Shown here piece after piece: positions 40,582-50,960 of a stretch of 58,192 nucleotides of DNA (positions are counted from its first letter, which is position 1; each line of letters starts with the position of its first letter). The notes beneath the pieces are model-generated. The model searched no databases, had not been told where the DNA came from, and saw only the letters and a list, made by a program, of their open reading frames with translations. Both the position numbers and the translations under genes were made by a program. This DNA is from Thermoplasmatales archaeon (lineage in GTDB: Archaea > Thermoplasmatota > E2 > DHVEG-1): contig JBFYMG010000057.1 in assembly GCA_041305025.1 (NCBI GenBank), forward strand, positions 1-58,192, in the 5' to 3' direction.

Positions 40582-42690
40582 TTATTCTATTTTTACTACA
40601 CTAGTTCCATCTTCATTTTCACTTACATTTATCACATTTTCAACATAGTTTTTCACATCATCAATATGAGTAATGAGGAAAATCTGTCTGAATTTTGATG
40701 ACAAACCATTCAATGCCTTCATGATATTCTGTCTTCTAATCATATCCTGAGATCCAAATATCTCATCAAGTATTATGAAATTGAATATGCCGCCTGCACG
40801 CTCGGTTATAACCTCTGAAATAGCCAATCGCAGACATAGATTGGCTAAATCTTCTTCACCCCCTGAAAAACGTTGTATGCTGTAAGAGTTGCCGCCATCA
40901 TAAATCATTATATTGTAGTTTTCATCGAGTTCCATCTGTTGGTATTTCCCATCTGTGAGCCGTTCAAAATAATCGGATGCATAGGACGACAACGTGGGTT
41001 GTATTCTAGATATCAAATGAGACCTAAAAGACGACATAACTTCACTGAGCGTACCAAGTTGCTGCGCATCTTTCTTTTCATCTTTTATTTTCTTTTTGAA
41101 TTCTTCCAGTTCAGTTATCTTTTCTTGCAGATTTTTAATCCTTTGAGCAATAAGGTTTTTTTCGCCATCTTTTTTTTCTAGTTCCAACTTTGAATCTCCG
41201 AGTGCTTCCTTTTTATAGGTTAACAATTCCAAAGAAGACTGATATTTTTTATAAAATTCGTTAACCTGATTTTTAACAGATTCGTATTCTGCAATAGCAA
41301 AGTCCATTGTTCCTATATTCTTTGATTGTTTCTCTTTGTTTTCTAGATCTGTTTTTTCTCTTTTTATTTCCGCCAAAATGTTATCAATTGTTGCATCTAT
41401 TCTTTCTTTTTCTCTCAATTGGGCTTGCAGGTAATTTCTTTTCTTTTCAAAAGCCTGTTTCTCACGAGAAAACTTATCTTTTACTTCCAAAGCCGTCTTA
41501 ATATTTTTCAGAATAGATTCTACCTTGCCTGCTTTTTCTTGTTTTTCTTTGTCAAAATTTTTCAAAAGTTTATTGTGTTGTTCACCCAAAAGTCTGTCAC
41601 AAGTAGGGCATTTTGCGCTAGGCCCTAACTTCAAAATATTTTTTTTCTTGATTTCTATATCAGATATATTTTCGTTGAGGTTTTCCGCAAGTGTTTTTTC
41701 CTGCTCGATTTTTTTAACTAATTTTTCTATTTCTTCATCTGTTAATCTAAGTTTTTTTTCAACTTCTTTTACATCTGCATCCAGTTTTTCAAAACCTTTT
41801 GTTTTTTTACGTTGCGCTTCTATGATTTTTTGTCTTTCGGTTAGCTTTGATTGCAAATTTTTAATTTCCAAATCTAGCTTTTTTTTGCTTTCGAAAAGGG
41901 TTTTTTTCTCAGCTAATTTTTCTTTTAAAAGGTTTATTTTTTCGTACTCTTTTTTGTTGGATGTGCAATTTTTTTCAAGGGTTTCTACTTCTTTTTTTAA
42001 AGATTGGATTTTTTCTTTATTCTCTTTTATTAACTCATCCAAGTCTTCTTTTTTCTTGATTAAGCTTTTTATTTCATCATCATAACTTTCTATTTTGCTT
42101 TTCCCAGTTTTTTCATCTGTAATATCTTGGCTGAGTTTTTCAATAAGTGTATCTTTGTTTTTTTTGTCGGCTCTTATCTCTTTTACAACCTCATCCAATT
42201 CATCTATGCCAAGCATTTTCAATATCAGGGGTCGTCTTTCGCTAGCATTCATCGCCGATAAAACGTTCAACTCTTTTTGTTTGGCAAATATCGACGTGAA
42301 AAACGATTTGAAATCCATTCCTAGCCGTTTCTGTATGTATTTGCTTGCTATTTCTGCACCACTGGCCGCAAGCTTATCATTTATCATGACAGATGCTGAA
42401 GCAGACAGATTTTTACCAGACATCTCACGAACTATTCTGTATTTGTCGTCTTCAAAAATAAAGTCTAGCTCCACTCTACAAGGATCTGAATCTACAGCAT
42501 CTTCCCGTTTTATCTGATCTGCTGAAGTCCTTGCGGCAACGGGGCCGTATAGCACCCAGGCAATGGCCTCAAAGATGGTTGATTTTCCAACACCGTTGAG
42601 TCCTATAACACCAATTATGCCGTCAGGAAACTCTACAACGGAATTTTTGAATTTTCTATAATTTACTAGCGTAAGGGTCTTGAGAATCAT
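40582..42690 (-). CDS. rad50: Rad50/SbcC ATPase
   Basis: GLNGVGKST Walker A, CPTC zinc hook, FSGGE signature, ILDEIFGSQD, LITH. Confidence 0.93.
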   Translation of the reverse strand: MILKTLTLVNYRKFKNSVVEFPDGIIGVIGLNGVGKSTIFEAIAWVLYGPVAARTSADQIKREDAVDSDPCRVELDFIFEDDKYRIVREMSGKNLSASASVMINDKLAASGAEIASKYIQKRLGMDFKSFFTSIFAKQKELNVLSAMNASERRPLILKMLGIDELDEVVKEIRADKKNKDTLIEKLSQDITDEKTGKSKIESYDDEIKSLIKKKEDLDELIKENKEKIQSLKKEVETLEKNCTSNKKEYEKINLLKEKLAEKKTLFESKKKLDLEIKNLQSKLTERQKIIEAQRKKTKGFEKLDADVKEVEKKLRLTDEEIEKLVKKIEQEKTLAENLNENISDIEIKKKNILKLGPSAKCPTCDRLLGEQHNKLLKNFDKEKQEKAGKVESILKNIKTALEVKDKFSREKQAFEKKRNYLQAQLREKERIDATIDNILAEIKREKTDLENKEKQSKNIGTMDFAIAEYESVKNQVNEFYKKYQSSLELLTYKKEALGDSKLELEKKDGEKNLIAQRIKNLQEKITELEEFKKKIKDEKKDAQQLGTLSEVMSSFRSHLISRIQPTLSSYASDYFERLTDGKYQQMELDENYNIMIYDGGNSYSIQRFSGGEEDLANLCLRLAISEVITERAGGIFNFIILDEIFGSQDMIRRQNIMKALNGLSSKFRQIFLITHIDDVKNYVENVINVSENEDGTSVVKIE

Positions 42691-43826
42691 TTTTTCTCTT
42701 CTCTAGATTCTATTTTTTGGATATATCCCAAACCAAGTTTCAGCAAGGTTTCTTTTTCCTCGATGCTTTGCGCTCTGAGAAATACTTCAAATTCGTTTGC
42801 AAGTGCATCTATCTTTGATGTTTCGCTTGCCTTTGAGCCTCCTTCTTTGATTACATTTGCTTTTATTTCATAGTGAACTGCTTCACTACTTTGCGCTCTT
42901 ATTGTGCTAAAATCAATTCCTCGATAAATATGGGAAGGTATGCTATCCAGTACTATTCGGAAAACTTTGCCCGATGGTTCTATTTCTTTAATTGTCTTTT
43001 TTATACATTTCATTACTTCATCCAAAGACAGGTTTGAACAATTTATGGGACCCGGATCTACCATAGGTCTGTTTTTTAAAGCAACGAAATTGTGTTTGAT
43101 TTTTCCATCTTTTAATTCAAGCTCTATGAATCCCTTTTGTTCTCCTGCATCTGAAAAAGTAAAACATTCTGTTGCTCCAGAATAAAAAGCGTTTTCGGAG
43201 ACTTTTACGTATTTGTGATAATGTCCTAAAGCCACATAATCAAAATTTGATTTAAGATATTGCGTTGGTATGATAAGTTCATTGAATTCATTCATGCTGA
43301 ATTCTTTTATGCCTTTCACGCCACCATGCACAAGAAGTATGTTGTAATCGGCATTTGTTTCAGGTTTGAGTTTCTTTAAATTGTCATTGAATTCTTGTTT
43401 TGTAGTTGTCTGAGGAATTGCATGAATTGTTATTTTATTGCCATCTATTTCAAAAGGAATTGTTTCGTAATTGGCGTTGTATATTGGATAAACATTTTCT
43501 ATGTGATCTAGTATGCTAAAAATGTGCCCTGTTTCTTTGAGTTTTGGGTGTTCGTGGTTTCCAGCTATTATCACAAAAGGTATTTCTTGTTTTGAGAGAC
43601 GCAGTATCTGATGTATGGCAAAGGTTATTGCTCTATTTGTTGGTCGTACTGAGTCAAATAAATCCCCTGCATGGACAACAAGGTCTGGTTTTGATTTAAG
43701 CGCGCAGTCGATAAACTGCTTAAAAGCATCATAAACATCCATCTCGCGTTGATTTACTCCATCCTCAGTTACACGACGGTAGGCAGAATAGCCAAGATGT
43801 GTGTCAGCAACATGTAAAATCTTCAT
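42687..43826 (-). CDS. mre11: Mre11/SbcD nuclease
   Basis: HVADTHLG, HAGDLFD, AGNHE, LLVHG, ALGHYH. Confidence 0.93.
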   Translation of the reverse strand: MKILHVADTHLGYSAYRRVTEDGVNQREMDVYDAFKQFIDCALKSKPDLVVHAGDLFDSVRPTNRAITFAIHQILRLSKQEIPFVIIAGNHEHPKLKETGHIFSILDHIENVYPIYNANYETIPFEIDGNKITIHAIPQTTTKQEFNDNLKKLKPETNADYNILLVHGGVKGIKEFSMNEFNELIIPTQYLKSNFDYVALGHYHKYVKVSENAFYSGATECFTFSDAGEQKGFIELELKDGKIKHNFVALKNRPMVDPGPINCSNLSLDEVMKCIKKTIKEIEPSGKVFRIVLDSIPSHIYRGIDFSTIRAQSSEAVHYEIKANVIKEGGSKASETSKIDALANEFEVFLRAQSIEEKETLLKLGLGYIQKIESREEKK

Positions 43827-43830
43827 CCTA

Positions 43831-45225
43831 TCATTTTCTACGTGCTAGTTTTAAAGAAACAACATCACAAGCAAGTGTGACTGCATCAAGCGTTGGTGCA
43901 ATAGGCGGAGCATAAGCAGTTTCAAGTTTTCTAAAAGTTTCGGCATCCATTTCATTTAAAATGGCACATGCAAACGTATTGATTCGCTGTGCTGCATTGA
44001 AGCCAACTGCTTGAGCTGCTAGTATTTTGCCTGTTTCTTGATGTGCAATAACCTTTACAGAAATTGGTTTACCGCCTGGGAAATACTCTGGCAAAGATGA
44101 GCCATTAAATTTTCCCGAAACGGTGGATATATTTTGCATACGGCTTGTAGTTGGTCCGACTGCCGCAATTTCCAATCCAAAAAACTCAGAAGTACATGTT
44201 TGTAAAACGCCCTGCGGTAATTTGTAGTTTCCACCCGCTGCGTTTGTACCAGCAGCGACACCTTGCCTTACACCAATGCTGCCCAGTCCTATCAGAACCG
44301 GTTGTTTTGTCACAAAATCCTTGTATTCTGTACAGTCGCCAACTGCATAGATATTTTTTACACTAGTCTCAGATTTATCATTTACAACTATACCACCGGT
44401 TTTACCTATTTCACAACCTACACTTTTAGCCAAAGTAACATCAGGTTTACAACCTGTGGCAATAATCAAAAGATCTGTATCTATTTTCTTTTCTTCACGG
44501 GTCTGGTTATTCTTTATGACGATCGTAGTTATGTTATTGTTTTTACTTTCAATTTTTGTCGCAAGAGAATTCAAATGTAATGCGATATTCTTGATTATTT
44601 CCCCAAAGATAATCTCTTTCATATCTTCGTCAAGTGTATTTGGTAAAACGCCTGGAAGAGCTTCTACAATTGTAACGCCCATTCCTTTTTTATGCAAAGA
44701 GTCTGCCATCTCAAGTCCGATCAATCCTGCTCCAATAATTGTTGCTTTCTTTCCGCTCTTTACAAAAGAGGAAATCTGCTGTGCGTCATCGATGGTTCTG
44801 AGGATGTGAACACCGCCGACTAATTTTTCATTCTCTCGAATATTTTGTATTGGAGGAATAAAAGGTTTTGCACCTGTTGCCATTATCAATGAATCGTATG
44901 ATTGTTCAAGTGTCTCCTTTCCTTTTTTTGCAATGACAACTTGTTTTTTAGTATCGATTTTCTCAATCGTTGTATCCAAGTGAAGAGCAATACCTGCTTT
45001 CTTGAACCATTCCTCTGAAAATTCAACTAAGCCGTCAAAACTGGGTATATCTCCAGATATAACATAGGGCAAACCGCATTTAGAGTATTGAGGATATTTT
45101 CCTTTTTCAAAAACCGTGATTATAGCTTTTCTATCGGTCTTACGTGCGAACTGAGCAGCTGTCCCTCCGCTTGCACCACAACCAATTATCACTATATTTC
45201 TGTCCAGACTCAAATAAAACCCCAT
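43831..45225 (-). CDS. CoA-disulfide reductase/NADH oxidase-family flavoprotein
   Basis: GCGASG, YSKCGLPY redox Cys, IGAGLIGLE, YAVGDC, AYAPP. Confidence 0.9.
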   Translation of the reverse strand: MGFYLSLDRNIVIIGCGASGGTAAQFARKTDRKAIITVFEKGKYPQYSKCGLPYVISGDIPSFDGLVEFSEEWFKKAGIALHLDTTIEKIDTKKQVVIAKKGKETLEQSYDSLIMATGAKPFIPPIQNIRENEKLVGGVHILRTIDDAQQISSFVKSGKKATIIGAGLIGLEMADSLHKKGMGVTIVEALPGVLPNTLDEDMKEIIFGEIIKNIALHLNSLATKIESKNNNITTIVIKNNQTREEKKIDTDLLIIATGCKPDVTLAKSVGCEIGKTGGIVVNDKSETSVKNIYAVGDCTEYKDFVTKQPVLIGLGSIGVRQGVAAGTNAAGGNYKLPQGVLQTCTSEFFGLEIAAVGPTTSRMQNISTVSGKFNGSSLPEYFPGGKPISVKVIAHQETGKILAAQAVGFNAAQRINTFACAILNEMDAETFRKLETAYAPPIAPTLDAVTLACDVVSLKLARRK

Positions 45226-45322
45226 TAAGTCAAAGCAATGCTTTTTAAAAACGTTTTTGATTAATTCTAGAAATAGCCAAATTGGTCAAAAAGAAGATTA
45301 AAAAAATATGAAAGCGGGTTGT

Positions 45323-46213
45323 TTATTTTTCTGATTTTTTTGTTTTCTTTGCTACCGCTTTTTTTGGTTTTGTTTTTGGTTTTGCTTCTTTCTTCTCTGT
45401 CTTTTTAGCTGGTTTTTTTGCTTTGGCTTTTTTCTCTGTTTTAACTTTGGGTGCCTCAGCAGGTTTTTCCTCTGAAGCTTCTTCTTTTATCTCTGGTTCT
45501 CCCTCGGGAGCCAATTCTTTTTCTGCTTTCTTTGTTTTCTTTTTTTCTTTTGTCTCTGGCTCAGCAATTTCTTGTGGTTCTTCCTTGATCTCTGGTTTTT
45601 TATCCTCCATAATAATTGTCGGAGGGGAAACGAGTTCTGACTTGTATATCTCAATTCTCTTAACAGGATAGAAACCTTTACAATTTTTATATATGTCGCT
45701 GCCTGTTTTTCCATCAAGAATGGCCTTTATAAATTCGGATAATGTGCTAGTAGTTCCTTGATCAAAAAGTGTTTTTTTCATGGCTTCGCGAACTACTTTC
45801 TTTTGTGAGTTCTGTATACGTTTGTCTGTTGTGGCAAATGGTTTTACTCGAAGAACTGCCCCATCTCGTGTGGTAATGTCGTACACACCATCAACCTTTG
45901 ATTTTCGTCTTCGTATCATTCTTCTCAAGTAATCTGATGTAAGCGTATGACCAACGAACTGTGTGTAAGCATTTGTTTCTTCCACTTTGTTTACTCTAAA
46001 AAATAATTTTATGTGCGATTTTCTAAAATCATTTGTCAAATCTTGAAGTGATATCTCTGCTATCCGACCCATCACGCTGCTGGGGCCATCTGCTAGAGTA
46101 TCAGCTATTTGAACACTATCAAACGTTGGTGGTGCAAGTACTGCGTACCAACCTTTTGATTTCCATTTATCTTTGATTTTTTTAACCGATGTTCTTGTTC
46201 TTGCCTTGGCCAT
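45323..46213 (-). CDS. rps3ae: 30S ribosomal protein S3Ae with a long E/K/A-rich C-terminal tail
   Basis: KDKWKSKGWY.V.AP, GR..EISLQDLTND, YLRRMIRRRKSKVD, YPVKRIEIYK. ATG at 46213 preferred. Confidence 0.95.
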   Translation of the reverse strand: MAKARTRTSVKKIKDKWKSKGWYAVLAPPTFDSVQIADTLADGPSSVMGRIAEISLQDLTNDFRKSHIKLFFRVNKVEETNAYTQFVGHTLTSDYLRRMIRRRKSKVDGVYDITTRDGAVLRVKPFATTDKRIQNSQKKVVREAMKKTLFDQGTTSTLSEFIKAILDGKTGSDIYKNCKGFYPVKRIEIYKSELVSPPTIIMEDKKPEIKEEPQEIAEPETKEKKKTKKAEKELAPEGEPEIKEEASEEKPAEAPKVKTEKKAKAKKPAKKTEKKEAKPKTKPKKAVAKKTKKSEK

Positions 46214-46362
46214 AATTATCACATTAATTCTTATCTGTAGAATTACAGAGTTGATTTTTTGGTAATGAAGTTCTCATACTTAAATTATACTGAGTACGGG
46301 AGTAGGCCAGAAAGTAGATGCCGACAAACGAAAAATGAGCGAAAAATTCAGTATTTTACTCC

Positions 46363-47160
46363 TTAAAAAGCATCTACAATTTTCATATTTTTGGCTTTAC
46401 CTATCTTAAATAGCTCATTTCTGAGTGCCTCATAATATTCCTTATTTTCGATTACGTTTTTCAAAAAAAGGTCATAAATTGCAGGGTCGCAAGATGTACT
46501 TCCTTTGATATTTTCCAAAATTCCTGGTTTTAGGTTAAATCCATCAGATATTATTTCTTCCGCACCGTTTTCGACAAAAGTATTAATTATTTTTTCTAAA
46601 TCTTCAATTTTGTTCGTTGGATAAACTGGTCCGAAAAATACTGTTGTTTTGATGCCTAAATCGTTGCATTTTTTCATTGTATTTAATCTTTCGCCGATAG
46701 GTGATGAAAAAGGCTCCAAAAGTTTTCGTTCAGTATCATTCAATGTTGCAATACTAAAGATCACTTCTGCATGTTTAAATTTTGAGATTAAATCGATGTC
46801 TCTTATTATAAGATCAGATTTTGTTTGAATGCAGACGGGAAAATCGTGCTTGAGAAGTTGCTCTAAACAATATCTTGTCAGTTTGTATTTTCTTTCAATA
46901 GGTTGATATGGATCCGTTACAGTTGAAATACCAACAACACCAGATTTTTTCTTTTTTAGTTCCTTTGACAAAATGAGAGGCATGTTTTTCCTAACTTCCA
47001 CAAAATTTCCCCATTTAATCCTAGGTATTCTTAGCACATTTGGCACATAACAATAGGCACAGTTGTGTTGGCATCCTCGATAAGGATTCAATGAATAATC
47101 CAGACCAGGTAATGAGGATGATGACAATGCCGATTTACATTCTACTTCAGTTATCTTCAT
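46363..47160 (-). CDS. Radical SAM protein, spore photoproduct lyase-like family
   Basis: LNPYRGCQHNCAYCY, STVTDPYQP.E, IQTKSDLI.RD, LEP; next to nreA. Confidence 0.88.
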   Translation of the reverse strand: MKITEVECKSALSSSSLPGLDYSLNPYRGCQHNCAYCYVPNVLRIPRIKWGNFVEVRKNMPLILSKELKKKKSGVVGISTVTDPYQPIERKYKLTRYCLEQLLKHDFPVCIQTKSDLIIRDIDLISKFKHAEVIFSIATLNDTERKLLEPFSSPIGERLNTMKKCNDLGIKTTVFFGPVYPTNKIEDLEKIINTFVENGAEEIISDGFNLKPGILENIKGSTSCDPAIYDLFLKNVIENKEYYEALRNELFKIGKAKNMKIVDAF

Positions 47161-47169
47161 AGTATCTAT

Positions 47170-48453
47170 CTAAAAATCCTCCAGTTTTTTCTGATAAAGC
47201 TGATTTTTTAAGACAGCACTATTCTTAATCCATCTTTGCAAAGGTATGTCCATTTTCTCAGAAATATGCACCAATGATTCATGTAAAGTATTGAATTTTT
47301 GGAAAGGTTGTTTGAGCGCTTTCCTAACGCTCTCACGAACATTCCACACTCCTATCGGCATAATGTATCCAGGATGTGCCTCACGCATAATCACGACTCC
47401 AGCCTGCCGCCTTTCCTGGTTCAACAACTCATTTACAGCCAGACGCGCCGCATAATAGCAACCACCGATTTCTGCATAGGTTGTTCGCCCTTCATAGAAT
47501 TCATAGCTGTTGAATATTGATATTGACGATCCGTAAGGATTCCATGTCGTATTTGGATACCACGCTTCGATAAGTTCGTATTGCCATTCGCTAGGGGTCA
47601 TCAGAACTATCCATCGATTGTCAAACTGATTATGCCGATAAATTCTGAACTCGTTGATCCAAGGATAGGTCTTTGTATTTTCCATTAAGTTTTCACCAAT
47701 GGAAGAATCGACGGCAGTAATGCTCCAACGAGTAGGAACAAAGCGCCTATATTTGTTGATGCCAAATGCACCTACGCTAAAGGCTTTTTGAATCTTGGAT
47801 ATCTCTACGCCGCCTTTGTATAAATCTAAAACGGCATTTCTTGCCTTTAAATCTGTGTCATAAAACGCCTTTTCTATGTGTTGCTCGTATTTTGGGTTAC
47901 TTATATCAAAAAATTTCAATGGCGCAGATGGGCCATGTGGTTGCACTTCGTCATAATATGCTATTTTTCCATAAGGTTTTTTTTCAAAGACCGCCTCAGC
48001 AAAAACACTGTTTTTTGAGAGTGCAAGCTCTCTTGTGAAATTTACAATCTTGCTTGAATTTTCGACATCGTTTACGTCAACAGTATATTTTCCTCTTATG
48101 AGCATCGAACGGAAATCGACGATATCATCGAGGCTTTTATCTAGCCACAACTCGGGCGTATCGATAAGGGAAGTATCACCCATAACTGGGGGAATCATCG
48201 GTCCAATTGAAACCTTGGGATAACCGAATCTACCGATAAAGACACTAGGCGGCGAGGAACCGGCCAATTTCACACCATCGATTAGAGGCGTTACTTTATC
48301 GCGTGAATGGAATTTTACAAGAACAGGACATCTAGTTTTACCGCAGAGCATCTTTGTACCGCGGCATAAACCGCATACGCTAGGCGACTCTTTTTTCGTA
48401 CTTGGTAAAATTTTCTTTTGATTTTTCAGATTAAATTTATTGCTATGCACCAT
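47170..48453 (-). CDS. nreA: Nre-family archaeal DNA repair protein
   Basis: N-terminal C..C.G..MLCGK.RCP, GSSPPSVFIGRFGYP, FVPTRWSITAVD, C-terminal PIP box QKKLEDF. Confidence 0.92.
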   Translation of the reverse strand: MVHSNKFNLKNQKKILPSTKKESPSVCGLCRGTKMLCGKTRCPVLVKFHSRDKVTPLIDGVKLAGSSPPSVFIGRFGYPKVSIGPMIPPVMGDTSLIDTPELWLDKSLDDIVDFRSMLIRGKYTVDVNDVENSSKIVNFTRELALSKNSVFAEAVFEKKPYGKIAYYDEVQPHGPSAPLKFFDISNPKYEQHIEKAFYDTDLKARNAVLDLYKGGVEISKIQKAFSVGAFGINKYRRFVPTRWSITAVDSSIGENLMENTKTYPWINEFRIYRHNQFDNRWIVLMTPSEWQYELIEAWYPNTTWNPYGSSISIFNSYEFYEGRTTYAEIGGCYYAARLAVNELLNQERRQAGVVIMREAHPGYIMPIGVWNVRESVRKALKQPFQKFNTLHESLVHISEKMDIPLQRWIKNSAVLKNQLYQKKLEDF

Positions 48454-48576
48454 AATCTCATTATCTTTTTTATTTTAAATACCTGCCCCTCAGATGACTG
48501 AAAGTATGTGTTTTATTTATTGGTTTCTACTCAAAATACTTATCTATTAGATATTGCATTTCAGCGCTCGTTAATT

Positions 48577-49224
48577 ATGACGCCAGAAAAAGTCGAAAGT
48601 GAAAGAAGAAGATCCAGACCTGTAGAAAAACCAAAAAAGGTAGCTGTAATTAAAAGAAACAAGACAAGAGTTGGTATTGTTTTAGTAATCATTGCAATTG
48701 TGATAATTGCTGCTTTGGCTGTAATTTATATTCATCCTGCAAAAAACCGGATCGCAGTTATAGATACAACAATGGGCACAATAAGGGTCGAACTCTATGA
48801 AGATAAAATGCCGATAACCACAGCGAATTTCATTAAACTTGCAAACGATGGGTTTTACAATGGTGTGATTTTTCATAGAATTGGTGAAGGTTTCATGATA
48901 CAAACAGGAGGATATCTCCCAGATGGAACACAGAAATCTAGTCCTTATGAAAACATAGAGTTTGAGACAAGCGACGTCACACATGTCGATGGAGCAATTT
49001 CAATGGCAAGCACTGGAGCAAAAGTAGGAGGTAGTGCTGAATTTTTTATTTGCGATGGCACACAATCTTTTCTTGATGGCAATTATGCTGCTTTTGGAGT
49101 AACTATCCAAGGGCTTGATGTTGTAAAAGATATCGCTACTCAACCTCACCCAGATGGCGGTGATGGAACTGGGAGGCCAATCACCGATATCATCATCAAT
49201 AGTATCACGATAGTCAATCAATAA
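48577..49224 (+). CDS. Membrane-anchored cyclophilin-type peptidyl-prolyl isomerase
   Basis: N-terminal TM, then FHRI..FMIQTGG, AISMA, FFIC, FLDGNYAAFG. ATG at 48577 preferred. Confidence 0.9.
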   Translation: MTPEKVESERRRSRPVEKPKKVAVIKRNKTRVGIVLVIIAIVIIAALAVIYIHPAKNRIAVIDTTMGTIRVELYEDKMPITTANFIKLANDGFYNGVIFHRIGEGFMIQTGGYLPDGTQKSSPYENIEFETSDVTHVDGAISMASTGAKVGGSAEFFICDGTQSFLDGNYAAFGVTIQGLDVVKDIATQPHPDGGDGTGRPITDIIINSITIVNQ

Positions 49225-49242
49225 ACACAGGGTTGATAAAAT

Positions 49243-49713
49243 ATGACAAATAGAAAAGCAATTTTTAATACAAATAAAGGCAGTTTTAAAATTGAACTTT
49301 TTGAAGACAAAGCACCGATTACGACAGCAAATTTCATTAAGCTAGTTGGTCAGGGATTCTACAACGGTCTTATTTTTCACAGGGTTATAGATGAATTTAT
49401 GATTCAAAGTGGATGCCCACATGGAACGGGGACCGGCGGACCTGGATACGCAATCAGAGATGAATTCCACAGAGATTTAAAACATGATTCGGCAGGAATA
49501 CTTTCAATGGCAAACGCGGGACCAAACACAGGAGGTTCACAGTTTTTCATAACAGTAGCACCAACACCCTGGCTTGACAGACATCACTCAGTCTTTGGTA
49601 AAGTGATTGAAGGTATAGACGTTGTGCATGCCATATCCAAAGTTCAAAAAGATGGAAGCGATAAACCGCTGAAAGATGTTGTTATAAATAGTATTACAGT
49701 TGAATCAAGATAG
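49243..49713 (+). CDS. Cytoplasmic cyclophilin-type peptidyl-prolyl isomerase
   Basis: [51 protein letters not shown]. Confidence 0.95.
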   Translation: MTNRKAIFNTNKGSFKIELFEDKAPITTANFIKLVGQGFYNGLIFHRVIDEFMIQSGCPHGTGTGGPGYAIRDEFHRDLKHDSAGILSMANAGPNTGGSQFFITVAPTPWLDRHHSVFGKVIEGIDVVHAISKVQKDGSDKPLKDVVINSITVESR

Positions 49714-49724
49714 CAAGTGGTTTT

Positions 49725-50198
49725 ATGACTATTCTATCAGATAATGATATTAAGAATTCGATGAAACACAAAGAGCTTGACATAGAGCCTTTTAATGAAA
49801 AAAATCTAACACCAAACGGATACGACCTGTCAATCGATGAAGTTTACTTGCGTAAAACAGATCAACATATTAAAGAAGGCCAGGCAAAGATTCCGCCTCT
49901 TACTTGGTTTGCGATTAGCACAAAAGAATTTGTAAAGATGGGGTCACAGATTACCAGCCAGCTTTGGATAAGATCAAGTTACGCAAGAAAAGGGATCATG
50001 GCAAGTTTTGGAAAGGTTGATGCTGGGTTCCATGGAACATTGACAATAAGTTGTTTCAATTCAAATGATACAGAGCTAGAGATACCAATTGGAGACAGAT
50101 TTTGCCAGATTGTATTCGAACGAATGGAGTCGATGCCATCAGAGCTTTATGACAAAAAATCTGGGAATTACCAAAATCAGCGTGGAATAAAACTATAA
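49725..50198 (+). CDS. dcd: dCTP deaminase/dUTPase-family protein
   Basis: PNGYDL, RSSYARKG, VDAGFHGTLT, GDRFCQIVF, Y...SGNYQNQRG. Confidence 0.88.
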   Translation: MTILSDNDIKNSMKHKELDIEPFNEKNLTPNGYDLSIDEVYLRKTDQHIKEGQAKIPPLTWFAISTKEFVKMGSQITSQLWIRSSYARKGIMASFGKVDAGFHGTLTISCFNSNDTELEIPIGDRFCQIVFERMESMPSELYDKKSGNYQNQRGIKL

Positions 50199-50960
50199 GA
50201 CTTTACGGGCAAACGTAAGATATCCTGTGTGACCAAGCATATCAAAACTAGGTCTCGTACCATAAGTTGAAACCACCATTTCCCGCTGTATGTTTTCAAA
50301 TGTTTTCATCTCGATAAACTTCTGTTTCTCAAGCTCGCTCACCGTTTTTTCAACCTGAGATATTAAGGGGGAATAAGAACAAAAATATCCGCCGATCTTC
50401 AGCGCCTTCCATGCGTGTTTCACGACATTCCAAGGATTTGGTATATCTAGAATGACTGCATCTAAATCTTTTTCATCGATTTTTTTTGTAACATCCTTTA
50501 GTTTTGCTGTCACGTATTGCTCGAGTTCTGCTTTTTTGATATTTTTCATCGCATGTTCGATGAAATCTTCGCGGATGTCATAGGAAATTACTTTACCGTT
50601 TGGGGCAACAGCAGTAGCAAGTGCTATTGTTAGTGAGCCGGAGCCTATCCCTGCCTCCAGAACAGTTTGCCCGGATTCAATCGAGCAATTCATAAGGATG
50701 TGTGCAGCATCCCTCGGTAAAATGATTTGTGCAAGACGATTCAAACCCTGCAGTTTATCCTGTAGTGAAGGAGTCAAAATCCAAAATTTTTTATTTCCTA
50801 TCTCTAGTTGTTTTCCGTATTCTTTTTTGATGAGACTGGCTGGGTCTAGTACTCCGACGCCTTTGATTCTGTCTATTTTAGTTGCTGTATCTACAATAAT
50901 TTTCTTTAAATTTGAATCGATTAGGACAACAACATCATTTTTTTTGACGTATTTTTTCAT
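50193..50960 (-). CDS. trmI: tRNA (adenine-N1)-methyltransferase
   Basis: AQIILPRDA, VLEAGIGSGSLT, ILDIPNPW, RP...MLGHTGYLTFARK. Confidence 0.93.
   Translation of the reverse strand: MKKYVKKNDVVVLIDSNLKKIIVDTATKIDRIKGVGVLDPASLIKKEYGKQLEIGNKKFWILTPSLQDKLQGLNRLAQIILPRDAAHILMNCSIESGQTVLEAGIGSGSLTIALATAVAPNGKVISYDIREDFIEHAMKNIKKAELEQYVTAKLKDVTKKIDEKDLDAVILDIPNPWNVVKHAWKALKIGGYFCSYSPLISQVEKTVSELEKQKFIEMKTFENIQREMVVSTYGTRPSFDMLGHTGYLTFARKVL

Noticed and set aside
46250-46350. Second box C/D-like element (gtaatga..ctga)
   Set aside because: The C box is degenerate, the spacing is wrong and there is no convincing C'/D pair; the region is probably the rps3ae promoter.
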